A stretch of 45,809 nt of DNA from Macrostomum lignano (lineage: Eukaryota). The notes below the pieces were generated by a model. The model had not been told where the DNA came from. It ran no database searches and was given only the letters and a program-made list of their open reading frames with translations. The position numbers and the translations under genes are program-made. This document shows positions 13,557 to 27,300 of this stretch, one piece after another (position 1 is the stretch's first letter; the number at the start of each line of letters is the position of its first letter). The DNA lies in the NCBI GenBank assembly GCA_002269645.1, contig NIVC01004442.1:1-45809 (forward strand), written 5' to 3'.

Positions 13557-13567
13557 GCTACACTTAC

Positions 13568-14044
13568 CATTTGCCTCTTGCGCCGTAGTCGAATACAGGC
13601 AAACAGCAAAAACACTACTGCAGCCACAGCAGTGGAGCTGCCAACAATGACCCGGCGGACTGCATGTAGTTTCTTTGTACGCTTTCGCACGCTTTTACAC
13701 TTACGTTTTAGCGTCCGGTTAATGGTAATATCGCAGAAAAATGAATCACTTTCCAGGCACTTGGCGTAAGCCTCCAGGTTAAGGGAGTACCAGCACTGAC
13801 GAAAGCCATCGCTCAGTGTTAGCTTGATGACCAGACCGTCTGCACTGCAGGTCTCCACATGCTTCCAAAATTTCATATTTTTCTTAAACAGATCCGTCAG
13901 TTTAGGATTGGGCGAGCCGGTGCCGGTCAGAGCGTCGCAGATCTGCTGAAGCTCCTGGCTGATCTGCTGCCTTATATCCTCACTGGCGACACTTCCCGCG
14001 AATGTTAAAATGACAATGACGAGCAGAGAGACTTGATTGCGCAT
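13568..14044 (-). CDS. Exon 1 of uncharacterised type-I membrane protein, paralogue 1 (signal peptide, 6-Cys ectodomain, TM helix; about 181 aa with exon 2)
   Basis: MRNQVSLLVIVILTFAGSVAS signal-like N-terminus; six Cys; NRT sequon; hydrophobic VIVGSSTAVAAVVFLLFACI followed by RLRRKR; strong donor ATG|GTAAGT at 13567. Motif-level homology to 20489-21001. Confidence 0.85.
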
Positions 14045-14302
14045 GATGTCAAAAGTTTAGGTTACTTATATGACAATGGCAAGGTTTATGCTTAATTCTT
14101 TAATTCTGGGCTTATAGCTTGACTTACTTAAATAGCAGTCATAAAACGGCCTTACTTAAACATTCCATAGGTCATGTCAAATTAGACATTTTACTGATGT
14201 CACGGATACTATTTTAAAAAAATACAATTTTAACCAATGAAATCCAATCAAGAACAGAAAGTTTTCTGCATCACTACTTTTCGAAGACGATTTTTATTAC
14301 AG

Positions 14303-14524
14303 GCTAATAATCCTTTCTTCGATTGCGCAGATAGTGGGCCACCTCCGCCTATCCTGCCATGTCATGTTCTGGAATTGCCTGAATTCAACCTCACAAGAGA
14401 TTACACGATCACTAAAGGTGGGTATCGGGGCCGCAACAACAGCAGCGAATCGACTGATTATACTGAATACTTCGAAGAAGACTATGGGAATTTTGAGAAC
14501 CTGCTTAGAAGATCTTTTCTGTAG
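14303..14524 (+). CDS. Possible terminal exon or small ORF of an unidentified plus-strand gene
   Basis: Good acceptor TTTTTATTACAG|G, then 73 open codons of non-repetitive, protein-like sequence (ANNPFFDCADSGPPPPILPCHVLELPEF...RRSFL*). No upstream exon identified. Confidence 0.3.
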   Translation, partial: ANNPFFDCADSGPPPPILPCHVLELPEFNLTRDYTITKGGYRGRNNSSESTDYTEYFEEDYGNFENLLRRSFL

Positions 14525-14710
14525 ACATTTCGTCATTGTTTCTTGCTTGACCTCGACTGACTGCAGGACTGCAAGTCGATTTTGAATTGCTTAATTTGAT
14601 TTGGGTTTTTTTTCAACAAAGCACGCCGAATCTTCTGATCTGACTGGTTTGAGCTTATTGCGACCCAGTCAAGAGATCCTGCCTGGTCTGGTCGAGAGGA
14701 GGATCGTTCC

Positions 14711-15178
14711 ACTGTCAGTGACATTTGCCTGCCAGTGACATATGACTGTCAGTGACATTTGACTGCAGCAGAGACATTTGAATGTCAGTGCCATTTGACT
14801 GCCATTCACATTTGACTGCCACATTTGACTGACTGTCAGTGACATTTGATTGACTGTCAATGACATTTGCCTGCCAGTGACATATGACTGTCAGTGACAT
14901 TTGACTGCAGCAGAGACATTTGAATGTCAGTGCCATTTGACTGCCATTCACATTTGACTGCCACATTTGACTGACTGTCAGTGACATTTGACTGACTGTC
15001 AGTGACATTTGACTGCAGCAGAGACATTTAAATGTCAGTGCCATTTGACTGCCAGTGACATTTGACTGTCAGTGACATTTGACTGTCAGAGACATTTGAC
15101 TGTCAGTGCCATTTGACTGCCAGTGACATTTGACTGTCAGTGCCATTTGACTGCCAGTGACATTTGACTGCAGCAGAC
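14711..15178. repeat. ~17-bp minisatellite (CAGTGACATTTGACTG[T/C]) with a ~142-bp higher-order repeat
   Basis: The block starting at 14712 recurs at 14854; explains ORFs 14669-14866 and 14715-15044. Confidence 0.9.
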
Positions 15179-17067
15179 ATTTAACTACGTGAAACCTGCC
15201 AGCACTATAAACATAAAGCTCGTACTTGAGAGTGAAACAGAACGGCAGAGGCGGTTACGTAAGAGGCTGTTTGCACATTTTTGAAAATTTATACAATCGA
15301 ACTTTAACATAACATTGAACATTTGAATTTCGCTTTTTCAAAATGCACCCAATCATCTCTAATCATTATTAATCACTAAAGCTATCCCAATATTCAAGTA
15401 TTCATTCCTAATCAGAGATTGAAGTTATTTTGACAATGCGAAAGAAACCTTCAATTGGCATTGTGAAATTTTGAGGCCGATGCTTTGAAAAGAGTTTTGA
15501 AGTGCGAGTTGAAAAAACGATGTGAATAATTTATACGAAAATTTATTCAGTAAAATTTACATAGTAGTATGCGAAGAATTTTATCTACGGAATTTAGTAG
15601 GTACATGTATTAACTTTCTTGTTTTACTGTGTATCAGGTTTAACAGTATTACCGCACAATTAACAAATTACTTATTTTTCTGTTACTCTAAACTGCTTGA
15701 TTTCAAGCATTGAAATCAATAATAATAATTACAGGATGGTGCAATCAGTGCAAAGTCAATTCTGCCGATTCCGCGCGCTAGCTCCTGATCACACAAACTC
15801 ACGGGGTGTTTCAGCGGCCCTGACTTTCTAATGGTGAGACTTTTGCACTCTCTGTGCCCTGGGGGTTGGTGTCAGTGAGTCTAAGAATTGCTGTGCCATG
15901 ATGAACCTCATGCACCGCGTTAGGAAGTCTATCGGTAGGCTGAGTAAGTGGGGCATTTCTGAAAACCCCTTGAGGGTCCGCGGGTGCACTCCAGTTCAAA
16001 GCTGAGTGTGCCAGAAGAAAGGGTGCGCTTGTTATGCTAGTTCAGTCTTTATCAAAGCCCAGCTTGCTAACAATAAACAAAAAACCCAGTAGAGAGCTTT
16101 TATGCGAACTTTTGTAGACAGAAATGAGAGAGCGCATATGTTTGTTATTAAGAGCTCTCGCTTGTGTTGGAGGGGTTTGGAGGTTGGAGCAATTTCTATC
16201 TCTTATTTATTAGTAGTCTCTGGGGCTCCAGCCTCACTCAGCTCCGTAGCAACCATGCAGATGGGCCAGACCGATCTTCTTATGCAGTGCCTATTTAGCG
16301 ACTCCATTGTGTCTGCGAGCGCTAGCTCTTTCTTGGAATGAGCCAGCTGCATAGCGAGGTATCCATGAGTATTATGCAGATGTAAACAAAAAAAATTATA
16401 TGGTGAATAAACGCATAGCGTGAAATGAATACGTGCTCCGTTTTGGTTGCTTTTCTACTGCAGCCGGTACACATACACTTTACACTCGATAAACAAGCAG
16501 TTTGTGGGGTTTAGTTTTCTCGAATTATGTCAAAGTGTGTGCCATCTTCTGGACTCCAGAATAACAAACGGAACAACCCTAGAAGACATTGACTTGTTGA
16601 TTCTTAACAGATCTTGTCTATCTTCTTGGGTTGCTGCGCAAGTACTTGCAAGAACGTACAAGATCTTCGCTATGATAATACTTCGGTAAACTTACCAGAT
16701 CTGGGCGACTTGCTAAATCGTACAAGATCTTAGCTTTTATATCTTTTTATATTTTCGAATCGGATATTTTCTTAAATTTATTCTCCTATTTTGTCGTAAA
16801 ATAAAATATAGTCCAGCTAGAACACTTTAGCCAAATGAATAACAAAACAAATTTAACCCCCATGTTTTTTTGATAGCGGCGAATGGGGTTCACCAGGGAC
16901 GGATTGGTAGACAAATTTGTTTAGACGAAATTACACCAAAGAGACGGGACACAACTGGAATTTGGTAACAGTTCATGAGAAAATAGATTTAGTTACTTTG
17001 CTGAACCTCTAGCCAGCTACCAGGTAATTAAACCTTTTTGCAGTCTAGGTTGGTAAGAATTCCCTGC

Positions 17068-17656
17068 TGCCCAAAATGTGAACTTCACAACCATCAGCCG
17101 AGCTCTAAATCGTAGACTCATCACAATCAAACTGCTCAGAGAGGCGCCAAAGAACATGGAACGACGACATTGCGAAGGAGGCAAGGAGAATGCATGTAAA
17201 CTGGCTGCTTGGTGAGCCCTCTGCTGTACATGGATGAATATGGCATCAATCTTTGGACAGCAAAAACATTTGGGCGAGGCCCACGCGATGAACGCGCGGT
17301 CAGGATTCTCAACGGCCAATGGGGATGAAATCTCAGCATCTGCCTAGCGATTTCCTAGGAACTGAGTCTCGTGTACTTCAACCTGGTGGAGAGTGGAGTT
17401 CGCAAGGAGAACTTCTGGGTGTTCCTCTCTGAATTTGATCGAATTGGTCGAAGGCAATTTCTTCCTGCTCTTTGACGGAGCTCGCGCACTCAACAGCATC
17501 ACGACAATGTCTGATGGTCGTGAGCATCGGTTTTTAATACCATATTCGCCGTTTCTCAATCCAGCAGAGCGAGCAGGATCGATGCTGAAAGCCGCTGTGA
17601 AACAGCGCATTCAAACACATGCCATCCAGCGCGAGGTGGTAGATGTATTTGAATGA
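17068..17656 (+). pseudogene. Decayed Tc1/IS630-like (DDE_3-type) transposase
   Basis: Frameshifted peptides VNFTTISRALNRRLITIK, MDEYGINLWT..TFGRG, NLSICLAIS, DGARA, HRFLIPYSPFLNPAE..GSMLKAAVK. These correspond to the D, D and PYSPxLNPIE motifs of IS630/Tc1 transposases. Confidence 0.8.
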
Positions 17657-17762
17657 ACACTGGCCTTCGGAAATGGACCAATTGACTAATTTTCACGCCC
17701 TATCTTGTGTCTATGTGTCGCTTTTTTCTTCTGCGCACATACAACAATGAAATTGTGTTGGT

Positions 17763-18552
17763 CAAAGAGTATTGAGGTCGCCCAGTACAGAGTGCCAATA
17801 AGGATGAAAATCTGAAGCCGATTTTTAGAATCCACCCACCCCCTCCGGTCACCAAGCTTTTTAGTCGATGGCACAAGTTGTGGCTAGAATGGTGCACAAA
17901 GCCGATGCTCAGAAATACAAGACACTTCACACTTAGAAAATGCATGTATCAAACAAACAAGACAACATCGCTCAGTCACCAGACCCAGTCGCCGTCGTCG
18001 ATACACAACTCCGTAACAGCCATGCCATATAGCCTTATCACTTATGCTTTTTGCTTTTCCCACTGCTGCACCTTCACTCTGCCTGTTTATCACTTATGTT
18101 TTTGTCTTTCCGACTCTGCTGCAAGAATTATGCTCAACTTCTTTTCTCCTTACACAATGCAATCATCGTACGTACGGTTACAGTATAGATACAGAAATAA
18201 AGTCTTGAGGACGTTTTAAGCATACATGGTATTCGTCTAGCTACATTAGCTACTTGTATTTTTCTCATGCACTCTATGTATATTTCTGGCATGGCTGTTA
18301 CGGAGCTGCGTATCGACGACGGCAACTGAGTCTGGTGACTGAGCGATGTTGTCTTGTTTATTTGATACATGCATTTTCTAAGTGTGAAATGTCTTATATT
18401 TCTGAGCATCGGCTTTGTACACCATTCTAGCCACAACTTGTGCCACAGACTAAAAAGCCTGGTGACCGGAGGGGGTGGGTGGATTCCAAAAATCAGCTTT
18501 CAGTTTTTCATCCTTATTGGCACTCTACACTAGGCGACCTCAATACTCTTTG
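17763..18552. mobile_element. Foldback-type non-autonomous DNA transposon with ~265-bp TIRs
   Basis: 17763-18027 is the reverse complement of 18287-18552. Termini CAAAG...CTTTG; flanks GTGTTGGT / GTGTTGGC match 7/8 (8-bp TSD). Consistent with the hAT or P superfamily. Confidence 0.85.
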
Positions 18553-18843
18553 GTGTTGGCCAACTGGATCGCAATTTAGGCCAAATTAGCTTCAGTAATC
18601 TTACACTGTCTATGGCTTTCAGCTCAGCTCAGCTCATCTGGGTGAGCGGACTCGCGAAACCGAAGGATTTCTTATCCCTGTTAAAGTTGATCGCAGTTTT
18701 GGCCAACTAGATTGCAAAAAGTTAAAATAATTTTTTCTGTGTAATATAATGTGATTTTTGTGCGTAATTACTTCCACTTTTAAATGTAACTGAATAACAA
18801 CGGCTGAACTTGAGTCTTCTCGGCAGAAAATAGTTGCAATCCT

Positions 18844-18873
18844 TCAGGCGATTTCAACCAGAGTAGAATGGTT
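18844..18873 (-). CDS. Candidate exon 2 (NHSTLVEIA*) of membrane-protein paralogue 2
   Basis: Acceptor CTCCTGTCTTTCAG, phase 0, 30 nt to TGA. An alternative acceptor TTTATAG next to the microsatellite would give only V*, so the choice is ambiguous. Confidence 0.35.
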   Translation of the reverse strand, partial: NHSTLVEIA

Positions 18874-18951
18874 CTGAAAGACAGGAGTGACAGCTCATGA
18901 CAGTTCTACTAATTTGCAGCTCAGCTTTAATGCTGAATTACACCTATAAAG

Positions 18952-20477
<1,526 letters not shown>

Positions 20478-20488
20478 TCTATACGCAC

Positions 20489-21001
20489 CATCTGACTGGA
20501 GCGCCTCTTTCGCACACAGTAGACAGTCAAGCCGATGGCAAGACCGATGACCACCAGGGCCAGTGACACGCCAACGAAAACCCCTGTCTCGCGGGACCCG
20601 ACGTAGCCGGACAGTTTAGTGCAGCTCTCCTTTTGGACAGGCATTTTGCAGTCACCGGAACTCGTTTTCTCGTCCGCGCAACTAGCGAAATAGGTCCAGT
20701 CTTGGCTCACTGAGCAACGCTTCCTTTGCAGGAACTTTCCCTCGTCTCTGAGAAACGTCATTTTGACGAACAGGCCGTTTACGGTGCATGTCTCAACTTG
20801 GAGTCCAACATTCTGGAGCTGCAGCCTGGAAAGAGCTGCGAGAGTGGAAGTCCCGGACGAGTCGGGCAGTCGGCCTGTTATGGCATCGCAGCCAAGCCGT
20901 AGCTGCTCCTTCAACATCGAGGTGAAGCTTTCTTCGCACAAGCCATAATTGATGACAATGCAGAAAAGTAGCGCAACGAATAGTGGAGCTGGGTGTCTCA
21001 T
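20489..21001 (-). CDS. Exon 1 of uncharacterised type-I membrane protein, paralogue 2
   Basis: Signal-like MRHPAPLFVALLFCIVINYGLC; six ectodomain Cys; TM VFVGVSLALVVIGLAIGLTVYCV followed by RKRR; donor ATG|GTGCGT at 20488. Shares CDA[LI]TG and VETC..[DN]GL.[IV]K[LM]T with paralogue 1. Confidence 0.85.
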
Positions 21002-22593
21002 TTCCAGTGTGAACTGATAGGATTCGAGGAGTTTTTAATCATCTGTATAAGATGAGGGACTCATATTTACCTCTATAATAAAGTTTTATTGCTGTGAACA
21101 CACTTTTCATGCACATTTACAGTATGATATGTGGTATTCTAATGATTTTTTAAATCTGTGCATGAATGTTTGACGAATCAGTGTTGTTACGTCGATACGT
21201 CTTACGTCATTAATTGCTGCGCCAATCAAATCAGTTTTACTAAATTACCGAAAATAAACTAGAAATGAACATTCGAGTAAAGATTTAACAACCTAGTAAC
21301 TTACCAGTAGATATAATTTGAGTATAGTTTATAGTTCTGTAGAGAGAATGACAGAAGTGAGAATACTGCTAGTGGTTTTTTGTCATGTAAACGGAACAGG
21401 CTAGCACGTTTAAAAAATGCAAGGCCAAAATGTATTTTAAATCACTTGATTTTCTTTTATCGTAAAATCATTAACAAAACGAAATTAAATACAAGCATAA
21501 AAAGTAAATATACTATTTTAAATCTTTTTGCAGCTAAAATACTCTATTTTGAATTCATTTAATAAAAAACAATTCGACAGAGAACAGTGTCGCGATATTT
21601 AAACGTCCTACGCAAGATCGTACAGTGACCTGCATAATAATATCTTCTTCATCTACCTATACTAAATCTCTAATCTATGTATGTATGACTCTGTCTGTCT
21701 GTATCTAACGATCTAGTCTTCTATACTAATATCATTAAGTATAAGATCTTTACAATATACTAAATCTCTAAGATCTGCTAGGCCTAGTCCAGTTTCAATC
21801 TACACAAGACTAATAAGTAAGGGGCCTTTTTTGGCTTTTTATAAATAATGCTTGTTCTGCCATTCTGGTTTTAATTTAGAACCAGAATACAATTTGTAAA
21901 GTTAAAGTAGGCCGATAACTTTTTGTCTTCTAAGACAAAAAGAGCCTATATATATAGAGTAGCCTATAGGGACAAATGTTCTCTAACTCTTGTGTTGTAG
22001 TTAAATTAATGAATGGCAATCATCAAAAAGAAAGAGAAAATTGCATAGAGGCCTAGTAAGGCTATTATATTAGTAGTAAAGAGTCCAACATTCAATAAAG
22101 TTCAATGGTTAATACTGTTTTGGAAGATTGGGTTTCAGATTTGGTATCATGAAAATGCCTTATAAGGTCAGGCCCTATAAATTTCCTGTAAAAAGAGCCA
22201 AATCAAGGCTATATGGAGGATGCTAGAGGATTTCCTAGCAGAAATCTTGCAGGGCCTCATGGCAGAGCTCATTCCAGCTTAACAAATACATGGAATGAAG
22301 CTAAAAGTCAATCATGTTATTCTAGATTCAATCAAAGGCAATTACAAATAACTAAACAAGTTTATTTTTTGTCTTGCAAATTAATTTTTTTCAATGAATT
22401 TGTTTTAAAAAACAAATCAAGGATTGATTCAAAAAACACATATAACGATCACAAAGAAGGATAATTTAAGTTGAATAATATATTGTCCACTTATCAATAT
22501 TGTAACAAACATATTGTAATGATAAAATTAAGTCATAAAATTCCTAAAAGAACTGCTAAAATCATTGCAGATTGAATGAAATTGTCATATTGG

Positions 22594-23678
22594 TTAATAT
22601 CCCACAAAGTGACTGCAGATAGCTAAAAGTTGGGTAGGTATGATTAACTTGTCATCTAGCTGACCCCAAGCGTTGTGAATATTAGCTTGGCATATCTAGT
22701 AGGCTGCATGCTGCCTGCAGCGCAATGCACCTTGTGAGACAAGCTGCACTTGCAAGGATATTGAGGTAGCCTCATCGAAAAGCAAGCGTAATAGTACATA
22801 AAATTGCAGCTTGCCACATCTAGCTTTGCCGTTCAAGCGCCTGTGGTAGCCTTCCATATCATTATTTGTTTGGATTGACTGATCGAAGACACTGATATTC
22901 TCCGGAGTCCACATGGCATTTGAAAGCCAAGTGCTTCGCACATAGGCGCATAGCTCGATGAGGCGATTGTCACCTTGAACAACCTAAAAGGAATTGTATA
23001 TGTACATGTAAATGTAATAGGGTACATATCCCTTTTATAATTTATGCTTACATTGCTGGTCTATAAATTGTTGAAGACTGAAATAATATTTGCAGTCGGT
23101 AAGTAGTATAAGGCCATTAGCCTCTGGCAAAAGCTACGTGTCATTTCGTCACGGTTGTAAGACTCTTGGAGACCAAGGGCCTGGATTTTTCTAAATATAG
23201 CCTGTGTCCAATGAAAGCTGCAACCGATGACCCGACTTTGGGGGAAAACTTGATGTGCTGCTTTCCATGCTGCGGCTTCGTAATCCATAACAAAAACTGA
23301 TGGGTTCACCTCAGGCAGGATGTCTCGAAGGGCTTGAAGAATGGACTTATAGTCCTTTGAAGTTCGACCGGACATAAGGACAAAGGCCAATGGCACCTGT
23401 AGTATAAGCTTCATCAGCAGTTTCAGCAGCACCTTCATCGGCAGCTTCATCGGCATCGGCACTTCGGCAGCTTCATTGGCATCAGCAGCTTCATCGATAG
23501 ATGCATTGCATGCATTGCATGACAACTCAAAATGGTCAAGCAATTTCAGCTGCCTATAGTGCACACAACTTATATCAGTCTTACAAATTCTATGCTGCCA
23601 CAGTTGACACTTGTTGCACTGCAAACCCTCTTGTCAAGGACAAACTTCTCTGTGGCACTCAATGCAGTTGTTATTCAT
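22594..23678 (-). pseudogene. Internally deleted MULE transposase gene with N-terminal PHD-type finger
   Basis: N-terminal CIEC...CNKCQLWQHRIC...CNAC (C4HC3, one in-frame stop). MULE core VPLAFVLM...MDYEAAAWKA..QVFP...GCSFHWTQA. Small GT-AG intron near 22985-23050. C-terminal QTNNDMEGYHRRLN. Premature stops. Confidence 0.85.
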
Positions 23679-24369
23679 TATTACATATAGCTAGTATCCA
23701 TATAATTAAACTTAGTATAACTAATCAGGAATCACAGGAATCATACAAGCCTATATTAGAACAGACATACAGATAGGTCTATTATAATGTAGATGCCTAG
23801 GACTCTCTCTCCTCTCTGTACATCCAGCTAATTAAGTGAATTAGTGCAGATGTACTCCTTTGCATCCAATGACAAAGTAATTTAAGTGCCATCTACCAAT
23901 TTTATCAGATGTAACCCTGACGAGTAAGTACTAAGTACTAGACCAAGGCAGTGGGTAGTTATCACAATGGAATAATGAGCATTGCCATAAGAGATATCCA
24001 CTTGGTCAGCAATCTTGCCTATAGTTACATTGATTTTGTTTAATCATCCACTGTATAGCTTCTGTTTTCCTCCTTTCCTTTCCTTCAAATATATATTACA
24101 CTTGAATGGAAAAATGAAAATCAGTCCACATTTATTTAAACGCTTTGATAGCAATTTATCCATAATGAAAATTCAATAGTTTTAACATTTATGAAATGTA
24201 TAATATACATGGCAGTCTTTCTCAAGCCGTCTGTAGCTCTTGGTGTAGGCAAAAGTATGTTTGATGAAGTAGCCATATTAATCCACAAAGTGCCTAACAA
24301 CTTGTTTCAGTAAGAGACCTTCAGCAAGAAGTTCAAGTAAAATAAACAAAAACTACTCGGTGCTCAGCG

Positions 24370-27300
24370 ATGGCGATTGTTTTTGACGGCTATTCAAGGG
24401 TTTACCCAGCCAGCTACTATGAGGATCCGAGCCTCACCGAGTTTTTCCACCGGATCGGCCTGTCGCTGGGAGAATTTGCCTTCAACTCAACCAAGTATCC
24501 GCATGACTACGCCTTCACGCTGCGGATGCTCCGCTCCTGGCGCCTGGTTGATGTGGGCGGAGCCGTCCTGCTTGCCGTGCTGTTCACTGCGCTGCGGTAT
24601 GTCATCTCCGTTTGCTTCTCGTTGGTGAGTGGCCGACCGTCTACCTGACTTCAGTGTCTGCATTGTGAAGCTTCACATTCTGCTGTAACATCGCGTCTAA
24701 CTTTCCCAATCTCTAAACTTCTCAGAATCTCCAAACTTCAAAATCCCCATGCTTCACAATCCCCACTATCACTTCACGATCTCCATGCTTCACAACCCCA
24801 TGGCCCAATTCTTCACAATCCCCATTATCACTTCACGATCTCCATGCTTCACAATCCCCATGCTTCACAATCCCCATGCTTCACAATCCCCATGCTTCAC
24901 AATCCCCATGCTTCACAATCCCCATGCTTCACAATCCCCATGCTTCACAATCCCCATGCTTCACGATCCCCATGCTTCACAATCCCCATGCTTCACAACC
25001 CCCATGCTTCACAATCCCCATGCTTCACAATCCCCATTATCACTTTACGATCCCCATGCTTCACAATCTCCATTGTCACTTCACAATCCCCATGCTTCAC
25101 AATCCCCATGCTTCACAATCCCCATGCTTCACAATCCCCATGCTTCACAATCCCCATGCTTCACAATCCCCATGCTTCACAATCCCCATTATCACTTTAC
25201 GATCCCCATGCTTCACAATCCCCATGCTTCACGATCCCCATGCTTCACAATCACCATTATCACTTTACGATCCCCATGCTTCACAATCTCCATTGTCACT
25301 TCACGATCCCTATGCTTCACGGTATCCGTTGCCACTTCACGGTATCCGTTGCCACTTCACGGTATCCGTTGCCACTTCACGATCCCTATGCTTCACAGTG
25401 CCCAAAAGTTCCACAACCTAACAATATTTGCAATTTTTTATCACAAACTCTTAATTTTTATGCAGTCTCTTGTATAGCCCAGCTGTCTCATCTCCTCCCG
25501 TCCCCCTGTCTCATCTCCTCCCGTCCCCCTGTCTCATCTCCTCCCGTCCCCCTGTCTCATCTCCTCCCGTCCCCCTGTCTCATCTCCTCCCGTCCCCCTG
25601 TCTCATCTCCTCCCGTCCCCCCTGTCTCATCTCCTCCCGTCCCCCTGTCTCATCTCCTCCCATCCCCCCTGTCTCATCTCCTCCCGCCCCCCCCTGTCTC
25701 ATCTCCCGCCCCCCTGTCTCATCTCCCGCCCCCCTCTGTCTCATCTCCTCCCGTCCCCCTGTCTCATCTCCTCCCGTCCCCTGTCTCATCTCCTCCCGTC
25801 CCCCCTGTCTCATCTCCTCCCGTCCCCCCTGTCTCATCTCCTCCCATCCCCCCTGTCTCATCTCCTCCCGCCCCCCCCCTGTCTCATCTCCCGCCCCCTC
25901 TGTCTCATCTCCTCCCGTCCCGTTTCATCTCCCTCCCGTTCTTTCTTGTAAATCCAGCCACTGAAAAGGCAAGGCTCTGCTGATCCATAACCCGTTGCTT
26001 TCAGCCCGTAGCAAACTGGCTGCAGATCCAGCCAGCCAGCAAGTTAAAGTGGCCAGAGTCAATCTGGAAATTCATCGCCTACAGCGGCTTGTGGCTCTAC
26101 TCGCTCTACGTTGTGCTGCTCAGCGGTCGGTACGACTTTTTTCACAATCCTGTGGACATTCTGCGCGGAATCATCTTTGATGGTGAGCTTCTGATTTCAT
26201 TGATTCTCACTCTGTTTTTGCCAGTCTCACTCTCTCCCAGACTCACTCACCCTCTCCCAGTCTCACCCTCTCCCAGTCTCACCCTCTCCCAGTCTCACCC
26301 TCTCCCAGTCACCCTCTCCCAGTCTCACCCTCTCCCAGTCTCACCATCACCCAGTCTCAGCCCTCCCAGTCTAACCCCTCTTGGTTAACCATCACCCATC
26401 ACCCAGTCTCACCTCTCCAAGTCTCTCCCTCTCCCAGTCTCACCCTCTCCCAGTCTCACCCTCCCAGTCTCAACCTATCATTCTCACCCCTCCCAGTCTC
26501 ACGCTCTCCAAGTCTCATCCCTCCCAGTCTCACCCCCTCCCAGTCTCACCCCTCCCAGTCTCACGCCTCCCAGTCTCAACCTATCATTCTCACCCCTCCC
26601 AGTCTCACCCTCTCCCAGTCTCACCCTCTCCCAGTCTCACTCACCCTCTCCCAGTCTCACTCACCCTCTCCCAGTCTAACCCCTCCCAGTCTCACCCTCT
26701 CCCAGTCTCACCCTCTCCCAGTCTCACCCTCTCCCAGTCTCACCCTCTCCAAGTCTCATCCCTCCCAGTCTCACGCCTCCCAGTCTCAACCTATCATTCT
26801 CACCCCTCCCAGTCTCACGCTCTCCAAGTCTCATCCCTCCCAGTCTCACCCCTCCCAGTCTCACCCTCTCCCAGTCTCACCCTCTCCCAGTCTCACCCTC
26901 TCCCAGTCTCACCCTCTCCCAGTCTCACTCACCCTCTCCCAGTCTCACCCTCCCAGTCTCACCCTCTCCCAGTCTCACCCTCTCCCAGTCTCACCCTCTC
27001 CCAGTCTCACCCTCTCCCAGTCTCACCCTCTCCCAGTCTCACCCTCTCCCAGTCTCACCCTCCCAGTCTCACCCTCTCCCAGTCTCACCCTCTCCCAGTC
27101 TCACCCTCTCCCAGTCACCCTCTCCCAGTCTCACCCTCTCCCAGTCTCACCCTCTCCCAGTCTCACCATCACCCAGTCTCACCCCTCCCAGTCTAACCCC
27201 TCTTGGTTAACCATCACCCAGTCTCACCTCTCCAAGTCTCCCTCTCCCAGTCTCACCCCTCCCAGTCTCAACCTATCATTCTCACCCCTCCCAGTCTCAA

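Noticed and set aside
17700-18436. Pair of similar ORFs (MWLEWCTKPMLRN...) on opposite strands
   Set aside because: They are simply the two arms of the foldback element.
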